A DNA stretch of 63,412 nucleotides, the filler included, from Chrysochromulina tobinii (Eukaryota): NCBI GenBank assembly GCA_001275005.1. It is 9 parts of 9 records of this genome, joined end to end, with 100 filler letters (N's around TTAATTAATTAA, not from the genome) between each part and the next. Parts side by side here need not be neighbours in the genome. Positions count along the whole stretch, not along the records: positions 8,233 to 28,080 come from JWZX01000247.1; 8 more parts are not named here. One strand, given 5' to 3'. Of this stretch, positions 11,886-21,775 are shown in pieces. Made by a program: the position numbers and the translations under genes. Positions within the stretch are counted from its first letter, which is position 1, and every line of letters begins with the position of its first letter. A model generated the notes under the pieces. That model was not told the DNA's origin, did no database searches, and saw nothing but the letters and a program-made list of their open reading frames with translations.

Positions 11886-12599
11886 GTTGTATGTACTGTG
11901 CGCCCGAAAGATGTTGTTTCTGTCCGCCCCCCGCCCCCCGGTGTCCGCTTATAATAACCGGCAATCCTTCCCCACTCCCGGTTTCGTCAGAACGCACATG
12001 GAGGGAAGCCGGCAAGCCTCAGAGATTAACCGCACACCATGCCGCACACGTCGCGAAATTTTACTATTTTAGCGCTCGCGCGTCTCGATAGTTTTTGGGG
12101 ATACCTTTGTTATAACCACCACAGGTTGCCTCCTCCTCGTTCACACCGTCTAACGCATGCTCGGCATCAGCTGCGCACGCACTCAGAATCATCCAATCGC
12201 ACTCGGAAAGTCGGAATCAACTCACCCTTTGCACCACCAGAAGAGGGGTAGGCGTAACAACACGAGAGACTTCAGCAACCAGGGTGGGGAAGCCGGCGGT
12301 AGCACTCTAAACATAAAAAGAGACGGTCCCCAGCAGGGATAACTGTCCGAACCGGACAACCGAGCTCAAGACCGGAGTCCGGACCGTCCCGCAGCGGGAA
12401 CCGGCCTAGCCGCAAAAATGGCGCTACCAAAACCGCAGCGACAATGCGCAAATGACACCCACGAATCGCCAGTCACCACATCCCCGATTTGGCGCGATTA
12501 TGTGATGGAGACGGCGCCCACCCGCGATGCGCGCGCTCCATGTTGTGCTGAGCGTCGTGTTGAGCGCATCGCATTAAATTGCGGAATTCGTTTCCGCCC

Positions 12600-14789
12600 A
12601 TGGTGACCGCGCCGTCCATTGGCTTCTCCGCCCAGCCGGACGGCGTGCACGCCGCCAACTCACTACGCTCCGACCGCTTTCACATCCGCGGCCTTTCATG
12701 GTTTGGCGCTGAGGGCGCTGGCGCCGCGCCCGACGGCCTTTGGCAGCGGAAGGCGTCCGATCTGATCGGCATTGTAGCTCGGCTCGGGTTCAACGCGCTG
12801 CGCCTGCCTCTGGCCGTGGATCACGTGCTCTCGAATCCGAGCATCAACCGATGGACGCTGACCGCCAACCCTGAGCTGCAGCGGCTGCGGCACCTAGATT
12901 TGCTCGAGCGCATCGTGCGGCTCGCCGCAGCGCAGGGTCTGCTTGTGATGCTGGACATGCACCGGCTGCGCGCAAGCGTGTGGCCGACGACGCACGGCCT
13001 CTGGTACGACGAGGGCATGCCTGCGACACAGCTCGAGAGTGCGTGGCGACGGCTCGCGCGCACCTTTTGCTCGCACTGGAACGTCTTTGCGGCGGACCTT
13101 TTTAACGAGCCTTGGGGTGCGAGCTGGGGCGACGGCGACCAGGAGCGCGACTGGGCACTCTATGCGGGCCGACTGGGCAGCCTCGTGCTGGAGGAGTGTC
13201 CACGTTGGCTCATACTTGTGGAGGGCCTCGGCGTGGGCTCGTCGGCGCCTAGCCCGGCCTTTTGCGACCTGTGCTTCTGGGGCGAGAACTTTCTGAATGT
13301 GACCGGTGCAGGGGTGCCACGTCTATCGAAGCCCGAGCGGCTGGTACTCTCACCGCACCTTTACGGCCCCGGTACGAACTCGCGCATGTACTACTTTAAT
13401 CGGACCGTCTTCCCCAACTTCCCGGACAACATGGGGCCCATTTGGACGGATCACTTCCTTGCACCCGCGCGCGCGGCGCGTGCGGCGCTCTTGGTCGGGG
13501 AATGGGGCGGGCGGTACGTTGGTGATGATGAGCTCTGGCAGGACCGCTTCAAGGCGTTTCTGCTCGAGAATAGCCTCTCGAGCTTCTACTGGGCTCTCAA
13601 CCCGAACAGTGGCGACACGGGTGGCATCTTACTCGAGGATTGGACAGCGCCGCATGTCGAAAAGCAGCAGATGCTGAGCGAGCTACCGGCGTCCTCGGTG
13701 GCCCAAGCGCTCGCCTCGGTTGGACCCTTTGAGTGCCTCAAGCACGTGGGCGCAGCGCAGGTACCGGCGGCCCTCGGTGGCATCGCCAACGGCCTCTTCC
13801 GCTGCGGTGACGCGCGTAACGGCACGCCCATCTGCTTGCATGCGCAGCAAGCATGTAACGGAGTCTATGAGTGCCCCGACCATACGGATGAGCGTCGGGG
13901 TGCGTGTGCATCGCGCGCGGCGTATGAGGCGGCCATTGCGGTGGGCACTGCTGACAAAGAGAGCGGGAATGAGGCAAGCGGCGGCGGCGGCGGCGGGGAT
14001 GGTGGGCCCCCGGTGGCACCGGAAGTGGAGCCTCTCAGCCAGCCGTGCCTGACCGTCGCTGGCCAGGATGTGCTCCGCCCCTGCGTGCTGCCCTTCACCT
14101 ATCGCGGGGCACGCTTCACGGGTTGCTCTCTGGACGATGCCATCGACGGCAGGGCATGGTGTCCGACGGCCGTGGACGCGAGCGGCCGCTACTCGAGCTT
14201 CGATCATTGGGGCGTGTGCGGGCCGGGGTGCGCCAAGGAGACGGGCCGCCGCCTACACCGCGACGGCTGCAGCCACGTGCAGCGGCAGGCCGAGGGGCAC
14301 GAAGAGGGGCAGGCGGAGGGGCAGGCGGAGGGGCCGGCCGAGGGGGCGGAGCTGCTGAAGCACTGTGCGCCGCCGCCATCGCCGCCGCCAACACCGCCTG
14401 AGCCTCCGGCGGCGCCTCCGCCGCCGCCACCAGCGTCGCTGGCGGCCTTGGGCGCCACGACCGTGTGGGCCGCCTTGGGCGTGACGACGGCGGCATTGAT
14501 CCTCATGAGCGTGGTAGTCGGCCTTTGCACTAGGAGCTTGTTTCACAGCGCCTGGGCTGCGATCTGGGCCGATCTTGGCGGGCCCTCGGAGCTGCAGCTC
14601 GAGGAGGAGGAGGACGACGTCGAGGAGGCCGAGGAGCGCCGGCCGGTTCGAGTGTCGCCGTCCGTCCATGAGAAGCGAACTAGAGCTGGCGCGCGGGAGG
14701 ATACAGACGAGGAGGACGCGGTGCTGCTCAAGGGCCGGGCCCAGCAGACAAGCAGGCCCCTTGCTATGGCAATGGATGGCATGGATTGA
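12600..14789 (+). CDS. GH5 endoglucanase + LDL-receptor class A + fibronectin type II + Pro linker + TM helix
   Basis: GFNALRLP, LFNEPWG (acid/base Glu), SPHLYGP, VGEWGG (nucleophile Glu), FYWALNPNSGDTGG. LDLa: FRC...C...QACNGVYECPDHTDE. FN2: CVLPFTYRG..FTGC...WCPT...WGVC. No signal peptide in this frame, so an upstream exon is possible. Confidence 0.85.
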   Translation: MVTAPSIGFSAQPDGVHAANSLRSDRFHIRGLSWFGAEGAGAAPDGLWQRKASDLIGIVARLGFNALRLPLAVDHVLSNPSINRWTLTANPELQRLRHLDLLERIVRLAAAQGLLVMLDMHRLRASVWPTTHGLWYDEGMPATQLESAWRRLARTFCSHWNVFAADLFNEPWGASWGDGDQERDWALYAGRLGSLVLEECPRWLILVEGLGVGSSAPSPAFCDLCFWGENFLNVTGAGVPRLSKPERLVLSPHLYGPGTNSRMYYFNRTVFPNFPDNMGPIWTDHFLAPARAARAALLVGEWGGRYVGDDELWQDRFKAFLLENSLSSFYWALNPNSGDTGGILLEDWTAPHVEKQQMLSELPASSVAQALASVGPFECLKHVGAAQVPAALGGIANGLFRCGDARNGTPICLHAQQACNGVYECPDHTDERRGACASRAAYEAAIAVGTADKESGNEASGGGGGGDGGPPVAPEVEPLSQPCLTVAGQDVLRPCVLPFTYRGARFTGCSLDDAIDGRAWCPTAVDASGRYSSFDHWGVCGPGCAKETGRRLHRDGCSHVQRQAEGHEEGQAEGQAEGPAEGAELLKHCAPPPSPPPTPPEPPAAPPPPPPASLAALGATTVWAALGVTTAALILMSVVVGLCTRSLFHSAWAAIWADLGGPSELQLEEEEDDVEEAEERRPVRVSPSVHEKRTRAGAREDTDEEDAVLLKGRAQQTSRPLAMAMDGMD

Positions 14790-15284
14790 GAGAGCGCTGC
14801 TACGAGCGCGAAGTGAACCCGAGCCTCTCGGAACACTTTGGTGGTGAGTTGTTGCCTCGCATGATATCGTACCACCGATTCTGTGGGCCTGCTACGATGT
14901 GTTGTCGTAGACGGCCCCGTCGGTCACACCTCCGTCCATGTATTGCGGCCCCCGTGCTTGGGGGTCCGGAGAGTGTGCGCGTTATGTTTCACAGCCAATG
15001 TTTATAAGTCACGTTCACGTTCACGTTAAATTGCCGACACCCAGCAAGAACACCACAGATGAACCATTATTTTTGTGTGAAACTCATCAAGATCAACCTA
15101 CACACACGGGACACCCGTGGGGTCCTGTAAGGTGTGTGTATTCTGAGCGGGCAGTAACAGTGTCGTAGCACCGGCTGTCGCGTCTGTCGTGTTAACGCAC
15201 ACGGGCACACGGTTCACACAGAGACCCTCGACGAAACTGACGGATTAACTGTATGACGAACCCTACCAGTACAGTACCGGGGAT

Positions 15285-15487
15285 CAAGTCAAGTCAAGTC
15301 TATACAGAAACAACAGACAACCAACGGAAGCCTATCGAATGTGCTCCGGAAGCCAGCAGGGGAGGACGGGAGTCGATGGAGATGGCGGAGGGGGATCCAT
15401 CTAGAGGCGACACGTCATAAATGCTGACATACGTGCCCTCGGAGAACAGGTAGGTTGACTTGACTTGACTTGACTTGACTTGACTTG
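15285..15487. mobile_element. MITE-like element with inverted (CAAGT)n / (ACTTG)n termini
   Basis: (CAAGT)3C at 15285-15300, its reverse complement repeated at 15455-15487, and direct repeat GTACCGGGGAT at 15274-15284 and 15494-15504. Confidence 0.55.
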
Positions 15488-15549
15488 TACCCGGTACCGG
15501 GGATATCCACGCACACGGTTTTGAGACGCGGTTGGGCGACGTGATCATC

Positions 15550-16383
15550 ATGGGCGGTGGAAGCGACCTGCAGTTGCTCTCCGGCGGCGAGAATGTGGTG
15601 CTCGGCGTCGTGACGGGTGTCCTGTCCAAGTCGGTCAACTACCCATTCCTCTCGTGGAAAACTACCGTGCAGCAGGGCCTGCCAATCTCGCTCAACCCGC
15701 GGATTGTGTACCGAGGGCTGCCGATGGCCTGCATCAACCTCGGTGGCACCAACGCTGTGCAGTTTGGCTCCACCGGCTTCTTCCAGAAGACGCTTGCCGG
15801 TTTAGGCGGTGGCGCCGACCAGGTGCAAGTCGGCGGCGCCTTCCTCGGAGGGCTCGCCTCTGGAGTGCCGTGCAGCATCTGGGAGCTGTGCATGATCCAG
15901 CAACAGCGCTTCGGCGGCAGCTTGCTCGGCACGCCCCAGAAGTTCGTATCGGAGTACGGCATCTCCTCGCTCTCGCGCGGCGTGACAATGACGTGCGGGC
16001 GTGAGTCCATGTTCACCATGTCCATGCTGGGCATCACTCCGCTCATCCAGCAGAGGCTGGTGAGCGCCTCAGGATGGGAGAAGAACACGGCGCTGGCGGC
16101 GGGCTCGCTGATCGGCGCGCTGATCGCGGGCGTGGTCACCCACCCGATGGACACGATCAAGACGTGCATGCAGGGCGATCTCGGACGTGTGAAATACGAC
16201 GGCATCGTGCAGACTGGCCAGCTGCTCGCAAAAGAGTACGGCGTTGTGCAAGGTCTCTTCAAGGGCCTCTTCTTGCGCGTCTCGCTGATCTCGACCACCT
16301 TCTTCCTCGTGAACACGTTCAAACAGTGGATGGTGCCCGTGCTCTTCCCTCACACGGTCACGCCCGCGAAGAAGGCACTGTGA
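15550..16383 (+). CDS. Mitochondrial carrier (SLC25) family protein
   Basis: 277 aa with three repeats bearing carrier signatures YPFLSWKTTVQQ, IWELCMIQQQR, HPMDTIKTCMQ; YRGL and LFKGL motifs. Confidence 0.85.
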   Translation: MGGGSDLQLLSGGENVVLGVVTGVLSKSVNYPFLSWKTTVQQGLPISLNPRIVYRGLPMACINLGGTNAVQFGSTGFFQKTLAGLGGGADQVQVGGAFLGGLASGVPCSIWELCMIQQQRFGGSLLGTPQKFVSEYGISSLSRGVTMTCGRESMFTMSMLGITPLIQQRLVSASGWEKNTALAAGSLIGALIAGVVTHPMDTIKTCMQGDLGRVKYDGIVQTGQLLAKEYGVVQGLFKGLFLRVSLISTTFFLVNTFKQWMVPVLFPHTVTPAKKAL

Positions 16384-17272
16384 GCTGTGCTCGGCTCCCT
16401 CTTCATCCCTTGGACCTTGGACTTGTCGCTTGAGCGTGGTGTGGCATGGTCATGATGGACAACGGCGGGTGAGGTCAGAGGTGCGTGCGCAGAGCACAGG
16501 ATGTCCCTCTGCTCCCCTGCTCCGTCGTCATCAACAGAGGGCGTCGCGAAGGAAGCGTTGTTGGATCGATGTAGAGTGAAGAGGTGATGCTGATGACGTC
16601 GCGCCGGTCCATACACCATAGTACTACTAGGCATGTCTCTCTCGAGAGTGTCGAGAGGCTCGACTCGACGTCGAGGAATGGTTACCCGGAGGACTTGTTT
16701 GTTAGCGGCCCCGGTCGCCGCCGCTGCCATCCACGTTGAATGGGAGAGGGTGTCTTTGTTCGGTTGCATGTTGAAAAGTATTCTAGTTTGTCGCTTTCTT
16801 GTCCGCCGGCTGCGTGTTCCGTCGAAGCTAGGCGGATGCATTCCGATCCGGGGCGGCATCTTGAACCCCCGCGCCGCCCGCCCTATTTCCTCCGCCCCTT
16901 CGGGCAGGGGGCGGAGGTTCATTGGTCCCCCCCAATGAGAAGCCCCGTGTTCGCGATTGCATGTACAAGAATGGTCAGCCGTGCATGCCCCGTGCAGCAT
17001 GTCGTGTCCACATGTGCGTTCGTCGTCGTCGAGACTCTTCGTGGATAAATCATAAAAGTATATTATTATTAAGTGATGTAAAAGCCGGAGGAATTCACCG
17101 AGACCCCTGGGCTCGGTAGCTGTTGTGTGCAGCGGCCGTGCCGGCCACCGATCCGACCCGGTCGAGCATGCATGCATCAGTAAAGAACATAATTGAATTC
17201 CCAAAGCGGGACCCCAACATTTCTTCTTTGATTCCGTCGAAATTCCTTCTCCCCGGAAGGTCACGCTGCGGC

Positions 17273-18457
17273 ATGGGGGACCCAGGAGTGAGACCTGAGG
17301 AATGGGAACGGCTCGGCATCGAGGGCATGCAAGGGGCCATCAACAGCGACAATGTGGCCAAGGTTAGGCGACTCTGCCATCAACACGCCGCACTGGCAGC
17401 AAGCCAATCTGTTCCTCAATTTCCTCTTGAGTTTGGTGGGGTTTTTCGGCTGGTCATGATGGCAGCGTGTCGCGCCGGTTCCGACAAAGTCATTACATGG
17501 GTTGTCGCGGCATGCGGAGCCGAGACCTACTGGACTACGTGGAACAGGCATGAGCAGGCCCCGATAATTCGCTGCCCGATACTCCTGCCACATAAAAGTC
17601 ATCGAACGAAGGAATTTAAAACGATCAGTGTGCTGCACTCTGCGGCTTTGGAAGGGCATGTGCGCACTGTACGCGTGCTGCTTGACCTCGGTGCCGACAC
17701 TGAGCAGACAAATTATAAGGGAGAGACCACGCTTGCGACTATGCTCCGCAAGTGTGACACGCAGTATATGGCAAGTAGAGTGGAACCTTCTGAGCCTCGC
17801 CTGCACTGTCGCGTACTCAGCGACTATCACCTAGCATGTCTCTGCCTCCTCTTGCACCGCGGGGCGCACATCTCGCCCGAGATGCTGGCAAGTATAGGAG
17901 AGCGAACCTCCACGCCTCCGGGCAGAAGAAGGAACCGCGGCCGTATTTCGCCTCCCGCAGGCGCGGGGTTCCGCTCTCCTACGGCAAGCGCTCCGGCACT
18001 CGCGCGCTACTTGGAAGCGCCGCCACGCGACTATCCTGGCATCTCACGCTGCTCATCGCTGCAAGCTATGCGCACGCGCCATGAGCTTCTCCTCGCTTGG
18101 CATCTCGCTCAGCGTCAGCCACGGACGGCAAGCGTCGGCTTCCGCATGCTTCCGTTCGAGATCCTCAAGACGATCGCAGAGCAGATTGGCCCCTTCCTAC
18201 AAGAACCATCGCAGCAGACGATCCGGGAGGGGAACCAAATGATGATGCACAACTGGCATCGTCGTGTCCAAAAGGGGGATTCGTGGCATATTCCATACGA
18301 GAGCCTCGGCAACCCTTGGAACTTTGACAGGGGGCCCCCTCCGGAGAACCGGTGGCTCTGGACTCGTCGACTGCTAGGCAAGGGCAGGGCAGCAACTGCC
18401 ACCGCGGTAGCAATAGCTGTGCCTGTGGCAGCTGCCATGGTATGGTACCTGTCCTGA
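17273..18457 (+). CDS. Ankyrin-repeat protein with an F-box-like motif and C-terminal hydrophobic tail
   Basis: SVLHSAALEGHVRTVRVLLDLGADTEQTNYKGETTL; FRMLPFEILKTIAEQI; terminal AVAIAVPVAAAMVWYLS. Start uncertain. Confidence 0.6.
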   Translation: MGDPGVRPEEWERLGIEGMQGAINSDNVAKVRRLCHQHAALAASQSVPQFPLEFGGVFRLVMMAACRAGSDKVITWVVAACGAETYWTTWNRHEQAPIIRCPILLPHKSHRTKEFKTISVLHSAALEGHVRTVRVLLDLGADTEQTNYKGETTLATMLRKCDTQYMASRVEPSEPRLHCRVLSDYHLACLCLLLHRGAHISPEMLASIGERTSTPPGRRRNRGRISPPAGAGFRSPTASAPALARYLEAPPRDYPGISRCSSLQAMRTRHELLLAWHLAQRQPRTASVGFRMLPFEILKTIAEQIGPFLQEPSQQTIREGNQMMMHNWHRRVQKGDSWHIPYESLGNPWNFDRGPPPENRWLWTRRLLGKGRAATATAVAIAVPVAAAMVWYLS

Positions 18458-19525
18458 CTCATAGACTGGCAACACTATTCGGACTATTGATACCAATGAC
18501 GCTGGAAGATGACCACGAGCCGCAGAAACGCGTCGCGCTGATTCTACGCTGATTCGGGAAGAGCTCGGCTGAGCACAGAATGAACGGCTGCAAGAGGAGC
18601 TCTCGGGGAGCTTGTAAAGGCTGCAAGAGGAGCTCGAGGAGCTCACGAGGAGCTTGTACAGAAGCGCGCAGGCATGAATGCAGATCTGGGGATCCATGCC
18701 ACTTGATCATTCCATGCTGCCCTCGCAAGGGGCGCCGTCTTGGGAGACACCGCACCGGCAGCTCGCTGTCTGCTGGCTGTCTGTCCAGGCATGCTGTCAC
18801 TGGAGGTGGGTTCTAAGTGTGCACACTAGAGGGTGGGACCGTGGAGACTGGAGTAAAGTACTGTATGTAAACCGAACAGGGGCGCAACGGGGTTGGCACG
18901 CCTCTCTCGTCTGCTCTCTCTCGGATGTTTTGTGGACTTGCGACTTCGGACTTGCACTTGGAGTACAATACGCACTCTCTCGAGCGACTCGTCTCCGTTT
19001 GTCGGCTATGCTGCCATGTACCGGTACTGCACTGAGTCGCTTCTACGAAGGGGCGTTGACCGAGGGGTGCGGACAATTGGGTGCGGAGCCGTCCCGCGTT
19101 GAGACGGCGAATGCCACACACCGACCCAAGGCGGCGCACGAGTGAGCGAGTGCACTTACATCCTCCCGCTCATTTCAGGTTTCGTCCAGACGTTGAGGTG
19201 AGCTAGGGCCGCGACGAAACTGAACTGCGTCGTCTCGGGCGCATGTGCGACGTGACGGCCTTCATGCTCGTCCTCATCTGAGCAGACATGACCTAGACTC
19301 AGACTGGCGATCGCCTGCTGGGCACGCTGCCCGCGATTCTTCAGACAGTCGTCGGAAATTCCGGCGGGCTTGGTTCCTGTTAAAGGCCATGATTTCAACA
19401 AGGGTGTCGATCTTAATGAAGGATAATGAACCCTCCGTACGGTAATCCCGTTCCCGAAAACGATGCCGCCATATGGTAGTCGATGTGCGTAATTGGTATC
19501 GGGATGATGTTCGTGATGGGATTTC

Positions 19526-19662
19526 AAAGTTGCCCCCCTTCGTCTAAATCCTCCGGCACCGCTCTTTCCGGCGACATGCGACACCCTCTCGCAGAAAAGT
19601 TGCCCCCCTTTCTAAATCCTCCGGCACCGCTCTTTCCGGCGACATGCGACACCCTCTCGCAG
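19526..19662. repeat. Tandem duplication of ~69 bp
   Basis: AAAGTTGCCCCCCTT..TCTAAATCCTCCGGCACCGCTCTTTCCGGCGACATGCGACACCCTCTCGCAG at 19526-19594 and 19596-19662. Confidence 0.9.
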
Positions 19663-19687
19663 TCTGCGCTACTATACAGAAATAGCT

Positions 19688-20824
19688 TCACAAATCACAT
19701 GTTCTGACAAGCAGCGTCCGGTAGATCGGTCGCCACATGACCTCACAAACCTTGTCCCGCTCGGTCGGCAAGCCAAACGGGCGTACCCGCAGCCAGCCCC
19801 CTCCGACCGCCGCCGCCGCCGCCGCCTCGCCCTCGGCCGCCGCCGCCGCCTCCTCGAGCCACCGCCGCCGCCGCCTCCCCCTCGCCCTCCACCTCACCGT
19901 CGCCGCCGCCTTCTCCCGCCCCCGGCCCCCTTGCCCGCCCGAGCACCTTCGCCCCTCTTAGCGGCGATGCGGCGGTGGCGCACGTAGCCGCGCGCGGCCT
20001 TCCCTCCCCCTCGCCTCCCTCGCCCTCTGGATGAAATCCAGCCCCCTCCCCCCCAGCCCCCTCCCCCCCAGCCCCCTCCCCCCCTCGCTTTACGGGGCTC
20101 TGCCCCCAGCCCTGCCCCCAGCCCTCAGGCTCCGCTGCCGTCCTGTGGAGCTCATGCAGCGCGAATCGCCCGGTGCCCAGCAGCAGCGCTCGCATCTCAA
20201 GCGCAAGGGGCAGCACGTCCGTGGCCACGAAAACCTCCCCACCTGGAAGCAGCGAGTCCGCGATCGCTTCACAGAGCTCAGGTGTGACCATGCGCCGCGC
20301 CGCGTCGTGGCCTGAGCCGAGCCACGGGTCCGGGAATTGGATCGCCACGCGGCGCAAGTTGGGCACCCGCAGCGCCACCAATGACTCAGGAGTCGCGTTC
20401 GCCGAGATGAAGTGGAGATTGCGGCGACCCGTTGTGTCGCGCCATGCGTTCGCAGCCGTGACGAGAGGCGCGAAGATCTCGACGCCCACAAAGTTGTGCG
20501 CGCCGTAGCGTGCCGCGAAGGCCGCGTCGCCGCTCAGCGCGCAGAGGAAGCGCCCCTTGGCGCACCCAAGGTCGAGTAGCGTGGGCAATGAAGGGTCAGC
20601 AAAGACGTTGGCCCAGTCCGGCGCCTCTGCAGTCTCGCGATAGCTCTGCGGGTTGGCGAGGCGGCGCAGCCGGTTCTTCAGGTTGCGCTTGAGGCTGCCC
20701 GCGTGCACCGTCTCATCCACGAGGTGTGGTAGGAGGACCGCCGGCGCCGATGGCCGTAACACATGCAAGAGGACGGCCGGCGCCGCTGCCTCGGCCGCCG
20801 CTGCGGCCTCCGCCACGTCCGCGC

Positions 20825-20861
<37 letters not shown>

Positions 20862-21155
20862 TGCTTTTGCGGCGTGCTCACTGCAGAGTCCGCCAAGCCC
20901 GTCGGCCGCGGCGTTGCTGCAGAAACGCCGCCGCCGTGCGATCCAGAACGAGCAGCCGCCTTCGCGGCACGGCGCTGCCGCCTCGCGCTCGAGAGCTTTG
21001 CGCCGCTCGTACAGCGCGTGCCACGCCTCGTCGGCCTCGATGTCGGCGGCCGAGAGCTTACGGCCGGGGAACTCGGCAGCAAAGGCGGCTGAGCGCGCGG
21101 CGAGCTCGGCCTCGGCGGCGGCGAGGGCAGCACCGTGGTCGAGGGGCCTCTCCAT
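19688..21155 (-). CDS. trmB: tRNA (guanine-N7)-methyltransferase TrmB-like, with N-terminal TRM13-type CCCH zinc finger
   Basis: LLDLGCAKGRFL, NFVGVEI, NLHFISANA, IQFPDPW, VFVATDV. The family-like C-terminus WLRVRPFGLPTERDKVCEVMWRPIYR lies in another frame (19688-19897), so an intron or frameshift sits in the G-rich tract ~19900-20100. Confidence 0.8.
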
Positions 21156-21186
21156 GGGGTTCAAAGTGTGAAGTAGGAAGGTCTCA

Positions 21187-21392
21187 CCCACAGAGTGGTC
21201 AGCACGCCGAGAGTGGTCGCTAGCAAGCACCCCCCTATTTGCTACCTAGCATGCTTGATAGCTAACATGCTAGCAGGAATCTTTTTCGACTTGCTAGCAT
21301 GTTAGCTATCAAGCATGCTAGGTAGCAAATAGGGGGGGTGCTTGGACCTGCTAGGTAGCGACCACTCTTGGACCTAGCGACCACTCTGTGGG
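21187..21392. mobile_element. Nested foldback / MITE-like inverted repeat
   Basis: Arms 21224-21275 and 21292-21344 are reverse complements (one indel in a C/G run) around a 16-nt loop; outer inverted repeat CCCACAGAGTGGTC / GACCACTCTGTGGG. Confidence 0.75.
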
Positions 21393-21775
21393 AACACCCT
21401 TCCTATGTACGGGTACCCGGTACAGTACGCCGGTCCGGTGTCTTGGGTGTCGAATTCCAAACAGAGACACCGCTGTGCAGTACAGTACCGGTACAATAGT
21501 AAATCGACCTGCGGGCCAAATGTGCCAAGGATGGGACACCTCCACAACGAGTCGCGTCGTCTGAGTGTTGCCAACGCACCTGGTCAGAAGCGACAAACCA
21601 AAAGACCCTGGGGGGTGCCGGGACACACCGGTTCCGGTACTTTATGCACATGCACGTGAACAAGCGCATCCTCTGCAAGAATAGCGGTCCGAGCGGCAGA
21701 GCTCGGCGGAAGCATCCTTCCAACTCCCCCACCGTACTGATGGTGCTCGCCTCTCGGCGTGTGCTCTGTGCAGCC

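Noticed and set aside
16350..17264. 304-aa minus-strand ORF (and 19156-19584)
   Set aside because: No recognisable motif or coding bias; long chance ORFs are common at this GC content.
21400..21640. CCGGTAC/GGGACAC-rich intergenic stretches (also ~15100-15230 and ~27890-27960) as one repeat family
   Set aside because: Shared words only; no convincing alignment by eye.
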